A DNA stretch of 62,611 bases, counting the filler, from Sphacelaria rigidula (Eukaryota), in assembly GCA_964200075.2 (NCBI GenBank). It is 10 parts of 10 records of this genome, joined end to end, with 100 filler letters (N's around TTAATTAATTAA, not from the genome) between each part and the next. Parts side by side here need not be neighbours in the genome. Positions count along the whole stretch, not along the records: positions 25,086 to 31,256 come from CAXNAA020021762.1; positions 31,357 to 37,527 come from CAXNAA020021763.1; positions 37,628 to 43,798 come from CAXNAA020021764.1; 7 more parts are not named here. One strand, given 5' to 3'. The notes beneath the pieces were generated by a model. The model ran no database searches. It was given only the letters and a program-made list of their open reading frames with translations, and had not been told where the DNA came from. The position numbers and the translations under genes were made by a program. Numbering within the stretch: position 1 is the first letter of the stretch; every line of letters starts with the position of its first letter. Of the stretch, positions 25,814 to 39,900 are shown in pieces.

Positions 25814-27642
25814 CTGACACATCAATTTTGTTGGTTCCCACATGAGACGCGGATAGCGGTGGGTCACGGTCACTCGGAAGACAACATGTCAAACAGGAGA
25901 ACACTCTTTCGCTTTCCTCGAATGTTGTGGACTGCGGAGCAAGAGAACATACATATACATATTACTGCTGCAGGAGGCAGTATTGCATGGATGGAACACC
26001 GGTCACGAAAGCTCTACTACATGATTATTTTCTAGTCAAGGATGGAAGAAAATCAAAAGCTTCACGGGCTCGAAAAAAAACCGACACTTATGGCGCTCCT
26101 TATAATAGACAAAAATGAAAATCTGGAAAAGTGTCTTCTTGCAGCTTCTACGTCGTTTTACGCCCCAAAAGATAGCTAGGCGGAGTTTGACACCTTGGAA
26201 TGACTCACTCTACTAGTTGAGGCGGTTCCAGGACACCTTCCCGTTTTCCGGTGGCCACAGTTTTCATTTTCGCCCCAAACAAGAAGCGGCCTTAATTCAG
26301 GCGACCAACTAGCCGGTCACTGATGAACGTACCGTCGGAGAAACATCCGAGAGCATTCGAGCCGTTTCGACTCTTGTCCGTGCCGATGTAATTTCCAGTC
26401 TTGACCAACTTATTCACGGTTGAGACGAATCATCGCCAGTCCGAATCACAAAATCCACCATTTTTCAGGCCTGATTGCTCGCAAGAGAGGGAAAAAATTG
26501 ACCGCTGGTCGAAAAGGTCTACACGCAATTCTTGCGCCATTCCACGTGGTTGGGGTGCGGGTACCAGGGTTCCAACGCTGTAAACAAAGCCCAAGGATTG
26601 ATTCATACGGTACGAATCAAATACACTAAAATCAAGTAAATTCCAGACGAATCATGACTTCGTCCGACCCTTTAACTTATTAACTATTTTCACAAAATGC
26701 CGGGTGTATACCGTTCATAATCCGAGACTTCTCTACATGCGAGGGTTATGCGCGCGTATATATGTCAGTACATTTATTTGCCAGCACGAATGGGGTTCAA
26801 TGCGCCCATTCCGCCACACCATCACCCGTGAAAAAGATGCCGATAGGATGCAGGAGTGGTCATCATCCAATCTTTGACTATGAAAGGAGCAAGGCAGAGA
26901 TCAGGGGGAATACAGTTTCCCCCCTCGAAACTGCAATACGGACTCGTCTCTAAAAGAAGACGGGGGAGGGGCGCGCGGGGGGGGGGGGGGTGAAAGTAGA
27001 CAGAATAAACCACGGATGCTGCCCCAACCCCCGAGCCACAATTGCATCTCAAGTAAGGGGAATGGTTAAGCAAGGACTGCACACCGTGGACCAGGCAGTG
27101 TTGTGAGGTCACGCATAGATTGACAAGCCGAAATCGTGGAATATACCGGTTGATATCATGTGGGTGACGGAGACTGCTGTTGTGATATCCTGTCTACACT
27201 GTACAGCACTACATTTTACTTCAAGGACCTCGGTGCTGGGCTCCATCCTAAAACATTGAAAAACCACAGCTATCGCCGGCATCAACACAGGACTGATAGG
27301 GAGGTGACGATACTCGAACGTTATAGTATACACGTATCGATACGTATATACAAAGTACTGACTAGGGTAGAAATGACTTGACCCCGCAATACCACGACCT
27401 CGTGTCCAAGAACGGGAGAGTCAAACATGCAAGGAACACAATTCATGCATATTCATGACCACAGCCTACACCACGGTGAATCACGACACCCCAAAATGTA
27501 CAATATACACATAAAAAAGACGACAGTGTCATCGCGAAGATACAAAACCTGCTTCTCCCACGTCACTCTCCAATATTATCTCAATTCACACGTCACTCTC
27601 CAATATTCTCTCAAGTCACACGTTATTCTCCAATGTTCTCAC

Positions 27643-27722
27643 CCGAGAGAAACGTCCAGGCCACCGCAGCCATAGTTCTTGATCGCTGCGGGAATCGCGG
27701 AAAACCTCAGCAACGCCATCGT
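27643..27722 (-). CDS. TVP38/TMEM64 protein, exon
   Basis: tgcag|ACG...GG|gtgaga. TMALLRFSAIPAAIKNYGCGGLDVSL matches the VTT motif LLRLSPxP...NY. Confidence 0.85.
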
Positions 27723-29621
27723 CTGCACACGCGTAACCAAGACGAGTCGCGCCACTGCCGTTCAGTGTAACGCTAAAAATACGTTGCCAGCTCATTTTCT
27801 CCGCGCCTCGTCTAGCCTCGAGCGTCATCGTTTCGGTTTTTTTCCTCTCCAGGTCTCTAAATGACTACACCACTGGGTTATTCTTCCAAGTCTCTGCCTC
27901 GCTCCACGCCGTACAGTAGATATCACAAATGCCGACCTGGATTATATCGCCGAACGTCTGACGCCCGTATAATTACAGCAACTGTCCACACTATCGATCG
28001 GGTCGTGGGAATATCGGCAACCTCGGTTGGACGTGTCCATAACGGGTGTTACAAACGGGTCCATTTCTCCCCCGAAATCTCTGAAATTTCGTGCGAAAAA
28101 AAACTTGGGAAAATGTGAGAGCAGATTTCTCAACCAGGTCAGGCAATAATCGTAGGTCAATTGAAAACTGACGACGTATTTCTCCGAAAACTCAGCGTCG
28201 GAATTTTCTTTCAGCAGTTAATTTCTTCGAGAGAAGTTGGGGGCAGGGAAATATTTTCACGGAAAAAGTAGGGGAAAAAATGAATAAAAAATTGCTCCGT
28301 TAATTAGACCCCTACGGCGAGGAGTGGTATATCTTCTAGTTTCGGCACCATACCCTAAAAAAATGTGTAAGCCCATAATAGGCTGGGGATGTAGTCATGA
28401 TCTTACATGCCGTAGTCGTAAGACCGTTGACCTCGCATCCCTACAAAGCCGGGACGGAGCACGCCGGGTTTTCGCTGGACAAGGCTCACAAGCAATCGCC
28501 GAGCGCGAAGCGCAGCGATATGTTCGGCGAGTCGCATGAAGGATGAGTGACCTGCATCCTGCAAAAATTGTTCGGCCCGAGGCCTACTGATTATCTCGCA
28601 TCCGGATGACAGCCTACAATGAGTTGCTTCATGTTCTGGTATGGCCACTTCCACAGATAACCACGGCTTATACACCACCTCATGGGTGTCTCACCATTTA
28701 AACACTTCGCAGTACCACCATCCCCATTGTGCGGAGTTAAGGTTCTCCCACCCCGCACAAAATGATCTAGCTCGATAACCACCACGATTATCGCAAGAAA
28801 AACGCCAGCGCGCGAAAACAAACGGTAATCTGGTTGCCTAGCTTACGCAGTGAGTGCGTGTTTTAGCCGTTGTCGCAAACCAACGCCAACCCCATAGGGG
28901 GTCCGTCCCTACAAAGCCGGGACGGAGCACGCCGGGTTTTCGCCGAACCAGGTTGAAGGGGGAGGGGGGGGGTATACTCCAAGTCCAAGTGATTGGGCTG
29001 CCAGACGCGGTCAGACTTCTGGCCCATGTCTAGGGTGTATACGAAGTAAGTTCCTGGAGTCGAGCAAGAACGTACACTATTTTCGAGATAGTGGTGCGAG
29101 TTGACCGCGGGTCAGAAATATCGAACTGATGTGGTCATTGAAACAAAAGCACGAATCGAGAGACTTGAGTTCGGGGTTTTCTGGAGACTGCACCGCAGCC
29201 TATAGGAAGGGATGACCACATGGTAATTCTCTGACTACCAAACGTGGTCATCTCTTGAATCCACATCGTTTTCACTTGAAACGTGACAACCTACGAGCGC
29301 ATCCCGATGGTGGAACTGGCACACAAGTAGCCGGACAGCCGAAAGATTTCGACTTCAAATCTCGACGGATCCGGCCTCATGAACAATTTATGGTCTGCCG
29401 TCGTGAAAGCATCAGGATGAGAACGCGAGTATCACGGAAACACGGGTAATTGATTCGACGAGCGAGTCCATGGGAGTGCGGGGAGTGCTGATCCAGGTCT
29501 TGAAACAAAGTGAGGTAGGTATCCGGAGAGAGAACAGTTGATTTAGTCCTTGAGACTACAATCATATATAAGCCAAAGAAGTGCGCAAGCAGAGACGACA
29601 CCGCGACGACAAGGCCCTTAC

Positions 29622-29703
29622 CTGGAATTCTTTTTCTCTCATCATGAGGCTGAGAGCTCCGAGCCAACTGTAATGCGCCACCAGTGTCCTTCGGAGGTAG
29701 TCA
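29622..29703 (-). CDS. TVP38/TMEM64 protein, exon
   Basis: cgcag|T GAC...CAG|gtaagg. Encodes DYLRRTLVAHYSWLGALSLMMREKEFQ; phases fit both neighbours. Confidence 0.75.
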
Positions 29704-30416
29704 CTGCGGGACAAATATCCCCCAAGAACATGGACCCAAGTAACAGGTCCACAGGGCATGAGTTGGGGGGGGGGACTGTAAATAGCAGCGGCGTTGGGGG
29801 CAAAGGAGGCTGTACCCCTAGGGAAACACATCATGATACAGCTGACCGCTTCAAAGCTGCTTGCGATTCGGAGTGCGATACTCCAGATGCTCTGGGTTTC
29901 CAGAGTATTGTCGGTATTCAGTACTCCACAGCACCTGGAGTACCGACTACCAAAAATACTGAGTATTTTTCGAGTATCTTGGATATTAAATCCCTTGGAA
30001 TCTTGAGCGCTTCAAAGTACTGAGTACTTCGAAGTACCAAAAAACATCGACGGCCGAAAAATACTGGATATTTCTGGGTACCCAAAGCATCGACCGCCGA
30101 CACAAACTGGGCATCTGAGAGAGTTGTCAACACCTCAAAATACGCGTACTCAGGCTGTTGTACCCTATACTACAATAAGCATCTTTGGAACACGTGATTC
30201 ATCATATCCATCCGTCATGAGCAACTCACGCAGGTGAAACGTGCAAAAACATCCCGGCATTTCTGCGAGTGGTGCATAGAAGTGCATACCCCCTGGCCTC
30301 CTTGTTCAAGTGATTATTTTGTTGTTGTTTTTAGTCACATAAATCGAAAGTCAATGGTCGGTGGCCCCCCCCATTCTCCCCCCCCCCTCCCCCCCTCCGA
30401 GGTCTGAAATGCGCAC

Positions 30417-30604
30417 CCGCACGTATGTCTTGCCAGCAAAAAGGACAGCACGGACCCGGATGTCTTGGTGAGCAGGGCAACTGGGAAGCCGACCCATACT
30501 CCGAAAAAAAAGCCTGCGGCAAGGCTGATGACGCCAAGGGGAAATATGAGAACCACAAGAGGCGAGAGAGCCACGTAGAAGACAAGGATATTCAGCCCGT
30601 ATGG
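30417..30604 (-). CDS. TVP38/TMEM64 (VTT, SNARE-associated) membrane protein, exon
   Basis: cacag|CCA...GG|gtgcgc. Encodes FPLGVISLAAGFFFGVWVGFPVALLTKTSGSVLSFLLARH. An alternative in-phase donor lies 6 nt earlier. Confidence 0.85.
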
Positions 30605-30918
30605 CTGTGAGTCGAAGAGATCCTGGACATCAGGAAGAATGCTCTGTAGTGTACAGGTGGTGTAGGGAGCCAGTACGACAATCCGAAGGCGGGTGGGTGC
30701 GGGGGAGGGGGGAGATCAGCTGTACTGTACCGTGCATTCATTTCACGCCTGTAAGTGGGGATGTGCGGGGACAGTGTTGCTACCGTACGGTCCAAGGAGT
30801 GATCTGTCTGTGGTGGGGGGCTTTCCATCACATTAGATAGGTCTGGCCTACTGCTCATGCGATGCAGAGTCCGGTACATACAAGCTCAAGCCTACAACAA
30901 CAATGCTTGTTGTACGCC

Positions 30919-31210
30919 GCCGCGTCCCGGTGGTGTAATGATCCGACTGTCGCCACTGGGGTGCAGAGAACAAGGGTTCGATTCCCGATGAGGTGTGTTT
31001 TTTTTCCTTTTTTCCTAGTAATATATTATTTCCACCGTGGAAAGCGTGAGAATGTGAATAAACAAAGTAGTCCACTGAGTTTGTTCGACGTGAGTCGACG
31101 CGGTGCGGGAGTGCTGATAGTCATAACACAATTCGCGAGACCAAAATGCAAGGCGTGCACCGGGGAGAGATGGCTTGATTCCTTGAGACCACGAACTCGT
31201 CCCGAGGAGG
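30919..31210 (+). mobile_element. tRNA-derived SINE, family B
   Basis: Colinear with the 20501 copy; abuts a minus-strand LINE 3' end at a G-run. Confidence 0.75.
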
Positions 31211-34200
31211 GGGGGGTGTACTCATGATCATGCATGCCATAGTCATCAGACCATTGNNNNNNNNNNNNNNNNNNNNNNNNNNNNNNNNNNNNNNNNNNNN
31301 TTAATTAATTAANNNNNNNNNNNNNNNNNNNNNNNNNNNNNNNNNNNNNNNNNNNNGTCTAACTCCAAATATTGGCCGGCGCATCCGCCTGCAAACGTTC
31401 ATGCAGCCTCTAGGCTGGCCCAGCTCGTATAGCGAGCACAGACCCACTCGAAGTAACCGCAGACAAGAGTCGGCCACCCCAACATGAAGATGATTCTGGA
31501 ACATCAAATGTGGTAATACTCCATGCAGTACTTCGTTGAATGATTGAACAGCGTCACAACTCCGCCTACGCGAAAAGTGGCCATGCGCGATTCAACAGAC
31601 ATTGTACAATGCCGTCAATCCATCGACGGCGCACAGTGCCTTCGTACAACGTTTGGACACAGCGACGGAAATTGGGTTTGGTGGCAGCAGCGTCCGAACT
31701 GTCGGGTCGCCTAACGCATGTCAGCTCAAGGTTCTAGTAACAACTTGGGCCATAGCCTATCCAGCGCTACAATACGCTCACTTACGTGCACCCCACTGTG
31801 TATGGTGAGGTACCCACGATGGTGCAAGCCGTGCAACCTCACATCTACGACCACTCTGCTGAAAATTTACTCTCGCACCCAGACACCGAGCATTCAAGAC
31901 TACTCACGGTTGACTTAATGCGTGTAACGTACAAGGTATCCATTGCCTGTACATGGGACAGCTCACCACGCCACCCTCACTTCGTCTTCGTACTTATCTG
32001 GGCTGCACTAAACACGTCGCAGTAGGAGGGGATATATGATGGAAGGATCTTAACGGGAACAACGACCGATATTTTAGACCTGCTGTGTACGCGAAGCAGT
32101 TGACGACCAAGCAACCCAGTGCAACGAATGAAAGAAGATGAGGGTATGAGCCTCGGCCCTCTATTTGAAAGCTTCATCATATGAACCACAAACCTCGAAG
32201 CATTCAAGTGTTTCTTATGACTTGCAGTCATGTTCCGGTATACGCGATTTTCTCGTAGCGGATCTATGTAGGGGCACATTTCCCTCGATTACCCCAACTG
32301 CCAAGAGGTGTGCAAATCAATTTACGCATCTCCAGATCAATTTAAATATGTGGTGTGATGTTTGGACTTCCCACGGCGGACGGTGAGAAGAAACTTTGCG
32401 CCACGTCATGCTGTTGACCGCTTCGCTCCTTCATTTAGAAACGGGGCGGTACAACGATGAGCCTGCAGGTACAGACGGCAGCCTAATTTGCTGCGCACAA
32501 GGGTCAGGAATGAAATACAAGATTCACACATGAAGGGTGTACTATTATAAACAAAAAAAAAAGTCATCGTAAACGATCAACTCTATGGAAAACAGAAAAA
32601 CTTTGATCAAAACGGCTTTTCAAGCAGGATCGAAGCACGCAACACGCCGACAAAATGTACAACTGTGATATGTTGCACACCCCGGACAACAGATTATACT
32701 ATCAAAAAGTGTACTGCGTACAGTGAAGAATCTGTAGTCTATCGCAACAGACGCACAAGTCGATACTGCACGCAGCATACTTTCTGACAACGTATTCCAG
32801 TGTCCAGAGTGTGATGCATTGACAGAAGGCACACCAAGCCCTGCACTGCGCCAAGAACATCTCGAGAGATTTGCTCATATTGGCGTTCACGGGTACGAGG
32901 AACGCGACAGTACAGTACCGCACGTGTCACAGCAAGCGCGTGGCGGCTTTGGGCATAACCTACCCTACGTGGTGTACCAGAGTACTGAGTAAATCAGCTT
33001 TTCACCTTGCGGCTTGGGAACCCAGGCATTTCATGCATCCCGTTATATCGCTTGTGTCGACGCACGTGTATAGGTTTCCAGGCCCAGGAGAGTAGCCCTC
33101 ACTTGACAGCAAATACAAGCACAAACGAACAAGGACCGCCAGTGCACAGCAAAAACAACCAAGAACGAACGGTGCCGCGAGAAACACGGTCAGAACGAGT
33201 AGCAAGCAGTGTCGTGGCGGTGTCAAACTGCAAATCTCACCGGCAATAATGTATACTGTATCTGCAATACAGGTCTGTACTGTAGCACGGTCGACAGGAG
33301 ACGTTGAAGGCGGAAACCGTAGCGAGACCTTGGTACATGCTTGCACGTACAGGCGAGGTGATGGGCCTGAAACACATGATTGTAAGGGGGCTTCAGAGAA
33401 GCCTGTTTGTCCCATTGTACGTTCGTTTCTTGAGCTGTCGAAGCACAGCTAAGCTGGTTGAAAACTGTGGTGATAAACCTTGATGATAATCCCGCCCGTA
33501 TGCCTTGCACAAAGACGTTCGCATTGGCGCCTCTCGCGATCCGAGCTGGGTGACGTCGGCTCAATTGCAGCGGTGTTCCCCCGTCAGCTCGACACAAGAA
33601 ATGAAGTCCTTGTATGCAGTCATTTGTGAAGTTGTCTCCGCACAGACGTGGACGGTGGCATCCACTCGGGCCTGTAGTCCTTCCTTTGGCACCTACCACC
33701 CTGAACAACTTGTAGCTCGGGCTTTGTAAAGGTTGCAAGTTTAACCGATTCGTGGGCGCCTGCGAAAATGTGTTTCCATGCAGTGGGGTAGCACGTACAC
33801 AGCGCGTATGTGCCACCTGACCTAAACTCGCGTGTCAGCATTGGACTTGGCGCCGGTATCCTCTGTCTACAAGCCTTCTCGCTGCGGAGGCAACTCTGAC
33901 GCGTTTTCCCTTTTACACCCAAGTTCGGAAATAAAACGTGCGAGCTCAGTAATCGAACCCTCCAACTTTCACCAACGGATAGGTTTTGAAAACACCTCAA
34001 TAGAGGACGTGCTGCCCTTGGAAACAACGCGGTGTCTTACACAGTACAGTACAGCAGTACAGTACTGTACAGTTATATGGCCTTGATCTCTTAGTCTACC
34101 CGTAGATTCGATTAGTCATTTTCACTGAGATATTTCAAGCGATTCTCGTTCACATGGTTTTACTCTTATCGGCTATCGGCTGCCATGATGCGGGGGGCAC

Positions 34201-35507
34201 TTTCATGACAAAGCGCGCCAACGCAAAGCATAGCGCTCTACTTTGGTGGGCATGAGCGGTGAGTCGCCCGTTGCTCGGGGTTTCGCGGTCTGCCTTCGTT
34301 GCGATCTCTCAGGCATCGGGTGGGGTTTGGAGTTGAGTCGGGACCAGTCGGTCTGTAGGAAGGTTTGTGCAATACGTGGGAAAACGCTCCCGAGGTTGGA
34401 AACAGGGCTGCAGTGAACAGGGCTGTATTCGGTATACCACGGACGGTACAATGCTGACTATATACGATAGACTACAGACAGTATACGTAGTGCAAGCCTA
34501 CCATGCATAGACATAATACTGTACTGTTGACACGCAGTTGGGTACTGCAAGCGCCTGCAGCAACGCGGACGCCGCCCACGCTCCACGGACTGAGGCAAGA
34601 ATCAAGCCCAAACACGTATCTCAATCCCTGAGATATACAGTAGCTTGTCTTTTTGAGAGCCCATCGGTCAGATACCCACCCACATCTACATGTACCCCGT
34701 ACTGTACACAGTACAGCATGGTAGAAATATCCCGTTCGTCCATCGCCCCTAACTCCGAACCAGTTCGTTATTACGTGCACTCGCAAGCATCCACTCTGTG
34801 ACTGCTGTATTTGAACGCACTACATGATACATACAACCACAACACCACCCCCGACAAATGTATGCTTGTGGGCGAGGTGGAGAACAAATTGTGCATGGCC
34901 CTGTTATAATAGCTGACGTGCTCCCAAGGCGCAGTGCATGCAAGTTATCCCCCTCCAGTATGGCTCTGTCTCCACGGTACTGTGCTGCACTGCTGTCTAC
35001 ACCGGTCTTCGCTGTCTGACCGAGTTGTCTGCAGTACTCAAAATTTGAAATCTGCGGAGAAACCTCAGATTTGGTTCCGGCAAGCCCCCCACAAGGTCGT
35101 AGATCTGCGCAATGCCTGTGCTGTACTGAACTGACTGTATTGAACACTGCAAGAATTGTGGAGTGCAACATAAAACCCACAACGCAAGGTATCACCCGAT
35201 GTTCGACAAACCATAGACACTTCCCGACACGCGACTGCGGAATGCCAGTTGATGTTTCGACATTATACCGTAGTATCCCACACACGAAGGTAGTACCGCG
35301 GTTGAGTCGCTCCTCAACCCGACAGCACTTTCCTCATCGTCTCCGCGTCAAAAGCGTGACGGGATGGACGAGACAGGATAGCGAAGGAGACGGAGTAAAA
35401 AAAGCTTTCACTATCAGGGCAATTCAACACTATGTGCATAGACATATTCACCCCCACTTACCCTACCCCATCACACCCCAACCATGCCACCACGTCGAGC
35501 AACTCAC

Positions 35508-35647
35508 CCAGTACAGTTGAAGAATGCGTAAGGCGGAACGCAGCAGTTCATACCATCGTCGTCGTCTGTGCTAATCGAGCTTGATCCTCCGCTTGGCGGA
35601 ACGCAACCGTGCAGAAGAACGCCGACGACCAGCCATGACGCTCTCAT
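35508..35647 (-). CDS. Possible first exon of a secreted or membrane protein
   Basis: MRASWLVVGVLLHGCV is signal-like and the exon ends at a GTGAGT donor. Downstream exons are unresolved. Confidence 0.3.
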
Positions 35648-36800
35648 CACGGAGCCTAATCCTTCTGGTGAATTGCAAATGCTCAGACCTATAGACGCCA
35701 CAGGGGCTTGACTAGCGTCTACCACTGCGCCGTGAGCCTGTCGATACGGCCGTTTGGCGAGTCCTGTTTGCCCAGGGAGCCCAGGGACGGTTTGTAAGCA
35801 TATTGTAACGCATAGATACTTGTCATTATTGATGCATTGGAGGTACTTCATATTTGCCGTGTGTGTAGATTTTTCGGGGAGCTCGCAGATATATTATACT
35901 CTGCTGAGCTACAGCACTCCAAACATCTTCTACTGCACGGAGAGGCTGGTATAACCAAAACAACAAACCGTGAGGTTCTCTCGTTTCCTCTCGTCATAAA
36001 GAAAATCAGGACAAACGCAAGAGGGCATGTACTGTATACAAGGGAACATAACATTTGTGTCAATTATCGACATTCGACATACGTCAGCTTTTTTTCAAAC
36101 GAACTTGGCTTCATCTCTGCATCGACCCGCTCCCCCACGAGACTTGATTCATCTTGACCCTGTTGAATGTGAAATATTTTCTTAACATGCTTTCAACCTA
36201 TCCCCCTTCCTTAGGACAAGCCCATGGTCTCAAGTGATCGGCCTCTCTTCCCCGGTTGATCATCAACTTCTTTCGGGTCTTGCACACAAGCGGTGGCTGA
36301 GAACTTCCGCATGAGAACGAGGTGTGAACGTTTTCGAAAGCGGCAGCACCCACAGTATCATCAGCTGCACAGGAGTGAAGAAAGGCGCATGCTACATGCA
36401 CCCTTGCCGGCGGGGTGTAGGGTGGTCTCTACAGTATTATAGATAGCTTGAAGCTCAACCGCCTCGCCATGCTGTTTTTTCACACCATGATTTGTCGTCA
36501 CTTGGATTTTGTCGATTCGCCAACAACTCCCATCCATGTCTCGAAAACAGAGGGTATTATTCATGTTCCCGTGTCCACGGCACTCAACCCGTGGGGAACC
36601 ACGGGGTACGCCGCAGGCGTCATCAGACCTTTAAAGCTCACGTTGGTTCACGTATCAAGACTGCGCTCCTCCTGGAATCCTGGAATCGGAGGATGTCTAC
36701 GACCTGGGCCAGCCTAGAAACAGATTTCAGCTCTCAAAGCAATATCTCCTCGACACAGACGAGTTGGGCCGTGATCCGCTTACCGTATTGACCCTATCGG

Positions 36801-36900
36801 AACCCAGTGCTTATTTTTGTTTTTGTGAATCGGTATCATTTTCAGTCATTTTCAAGTAAAAATGATGCCGGTTGACAAAAACAAAAATCGGCACTGGGTT
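36801..36900. repeat. 100-bp hairpin / mini-MITE
   Basis: AACCCAGTGCTTATTTTTGTTTTTGT...ACAAAAACAAAAATCGGCACTGGGTT. Confidence 0.7.
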
Positions 36901-39900
36901 GCTGTCTCATCAAGGGGAAGGTGTCCATCTGCTCAAAAATCTGGGCGAATATTTTCTCGTTCATTCAACCCCATGTCTGATGATTTCCATACCGTACGGA
37001 GGTAGCGTCTTTTCTAAAATCTAAATCAAACTCCGAAAGATACATTCAGCGGATGACGATTTTTGGTGTGGACATTCCCCGGAGCACGGGGAGACAGTAG
37101 TAGGTATCCTCACCTTCACCTAATTCGTAATCTAACTCGAGATATGGCGCACATAAGGTTCTATACTAAAATCACTACATTACGAGCAGAGGTACTAGAT
37201 GCCCCAAATCTGGATATATATCGCGTCTCAGTTTTTGAGAGTTGTACTATGAAATTTCGTATGGAGAACCGCTATTGTATACTACAAAGAAGAAAAGCAC
37301 CTTGTTTTTCTTCAGTTTTTTCGGGTTTTTTCGTTTATCAGGGGAGTTTTGAGGAGAAATGAACACTGCTCTTAGGCCTTCTCTCAATTTTTTAGCTCAA
37401 TTTTTTTATTAGTTGTGATTTGAAACTTAGCAAGGAAAATTACGGAGGTATGCTGAATTAAAAAAAAAAATGAGCCTTCATTTTTTTTTTTTTGGGGGGG
37501 GTGGTTTTATTTATTTTTTTATTTTTTNNNNNNNNNNNNNNNNNNNNNNNNNNNNNNNNNNNNNNNNNNNNTTAATTAATTAANNNNNNNNNNNNNNNNN
37601 NNNNNNNNNNNNNNNNNNNNNNNNNNNTAGGGGGACGAAGCTGAAGCTCAACACACTCAGCCAAACACCAAACGAGGGCCCCCCCCCCCCCCCCCCGAAC
37701 CGAGCTGGTTTCGTGCTGCACGACGCGACTCATTTGGGCGTTATAGCTGATTTCGGACTGCTTCACGTCTCTCATGTGGGCGAAATTGCCGCGAACGTGC
37801 CCAATAGTGGGATCGTAGTCGGTTTGTCGGACGGTCTCCGGTGCACGTTTTGTGGGGGGGCTATCTCGGCATTAGTAAGTACTCCCCGGTTCGTGTACTG
37901 TGGTGAGCAGAGTTTTCGTAGGAGGTCGAAGAGGTCAGTGCTATAAAGGTTATCCACAGCTGGGTACCGGGCATCTTGATAATTTGCATCCTCGGTTTCG
38001 TTTACTCCACCACGCCTCACGTTATTGGCGAGGTGATGAAGAACATGACTATAATCACGCGTAACACAGCATGCCAGAGGGATGTTTCGCCCCATTTTTA
38101 CAATAACATAGGCTGTGACTCCGTGTGTAATGGCCCTGGTAAGAATAAGTATTTAAGTGTAAAGAGTGGGGAGAAGATTCTTGGAGGAATAAGGCGAGTG
38201 TGACGAGTCCCCATGTCCAGTGTGGAGCAAGGGCTTGTGCCTTGTGTCCAGGCGGTCCATACTGGATTCAAGTGGATATGTTGTTGGGATACATTGGGGT
38301 CGAGTGATACGCATACCCGTGCAGTACAAATCGAGCAATCTTCCGTGCTCTCGTAAAGGGTTCAAAACAGGATTGAGCTGGTCACAGCGGTGAACGCGAG
38401 ATAGGATATGCCGACCCCCGCAGCGCATTGCTCTCTGTTGCCAGGTTCGTTTTTTGGAAAGTTGTAGTAGTCGGTAGCAATATATACTTCACTCCTTTCT
38501 TGAGGATCCTTCGTTGATTCTTGGTGCCAGTGCAATCAATTAAAAAAAAAAACAACGGAAAAAGATACATGCTGTGATTTTTCTATTTTCCTCACTCAGT
38601 CGGACGACTCACAAGGACACGTGTATTATCATTGTACTACTGTGAAAGCAATTCTCTTAACTGCGGTCAAACGTTTCCGTGCGGCTCTAAGGCTCATTCC
38701 CGGTTCCGAAGGCCATATTCAACCATTCCACGGTACCTGCAGTGGAAGATCCGAGGCGCGCCCACCGCCTTCCACAGTCTGATTCTTTGTGCTTAATGCG
38801 CGTAGGCTGCAGAATTATCACCGGATTTTCAAAATGGCATGAATATGCGTTCCACTGTTTTACATTTCGAAAACTAGACGTATGAAAAAACTACCCCTCG
38901 GGCACCGCGTGCTCCCAGGGTGCTCGATGGTTCCTTTCATGCTATAATAGTGTCGCTGAAATTGCCAAGACCATCGACGAGAGTAGCAGCCCCTGAGAAC
39001 GGACAAATTGAAGTTCGAAACACAATATTCAAAGGCAGTACAGCTCGTCAGACAACCAGAAGAACAATCATCGGCACAACGGAAACGAAGCATCGCACTC
39101 TGGATGTTCATATGCACATGGGCGGTGCAAAAGCAGTGTGCTCTCGAAAACACGTTTGCTGCGGAGGGAAGCGCCGTGGTGGAGTAGTGGTGCTTTGTCG
39201 GTACTTTCTACAATGCTATCTGTGTTCCTTTTTTTTCACCACCTGAAGTATAACAGTAGCACCCACTCGCAGCTGTACAGCATAAGCACATACAAGGCTC
39301 ACCCGTGTTGCGCCAACGGCGCACGGACCTGACCGCTACAGACGGTCTGGGTCAAAGCCCACGCGCCCTGCCACTGTGAACACAGCGCTTCGGTACTGCA
39401 GTTTTTGTGCACCACAGCACATGGAGTAAAGAAGGAAACGGAGAGGAAACCAAGACATTGCTGCCGAAGGCAACTTGCAAGGCATTGCTGTCGAAGGCAC
39501 CTTGCGGTCGATCTACAGCAGGTATGCAGAGGATCTCTCACTTAATCGTTTGCGCATATGCTTCATCGGAGCAGTATATTATGGGGGCCGTCTCACGCGA
39601 ATGGGGTCATACCTATGGAGTGTCTGTGTTTGGATTGAACAATTCACTTGGTGCGGTTTGTCCGAAGAAATCACTGATTATTTCTGGTACTGTAGTGGAC
39701 GGGTTTCGGAACGTTCTGTGCACTGGTGCAGAGCAACGGCTGTTGCATGGTCGATGTGTACAGTAGCCAGGCATATCGATTCACTCCTTGTTTTCATCCA
39801 TTCGAAATACCTGCAACCGGGATTGCTATACAAGCCATGCTTCGCTGTGCGCCAAGCCGACAATTGCATTTCGCTTATAACCTGTGGTCTGTGATACACT

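Noticed and set aside
12544..31256. Functional clustering of ROK, Gypsy and VTT genes
   Set aside because: They lie on separate contigs joined artificially.
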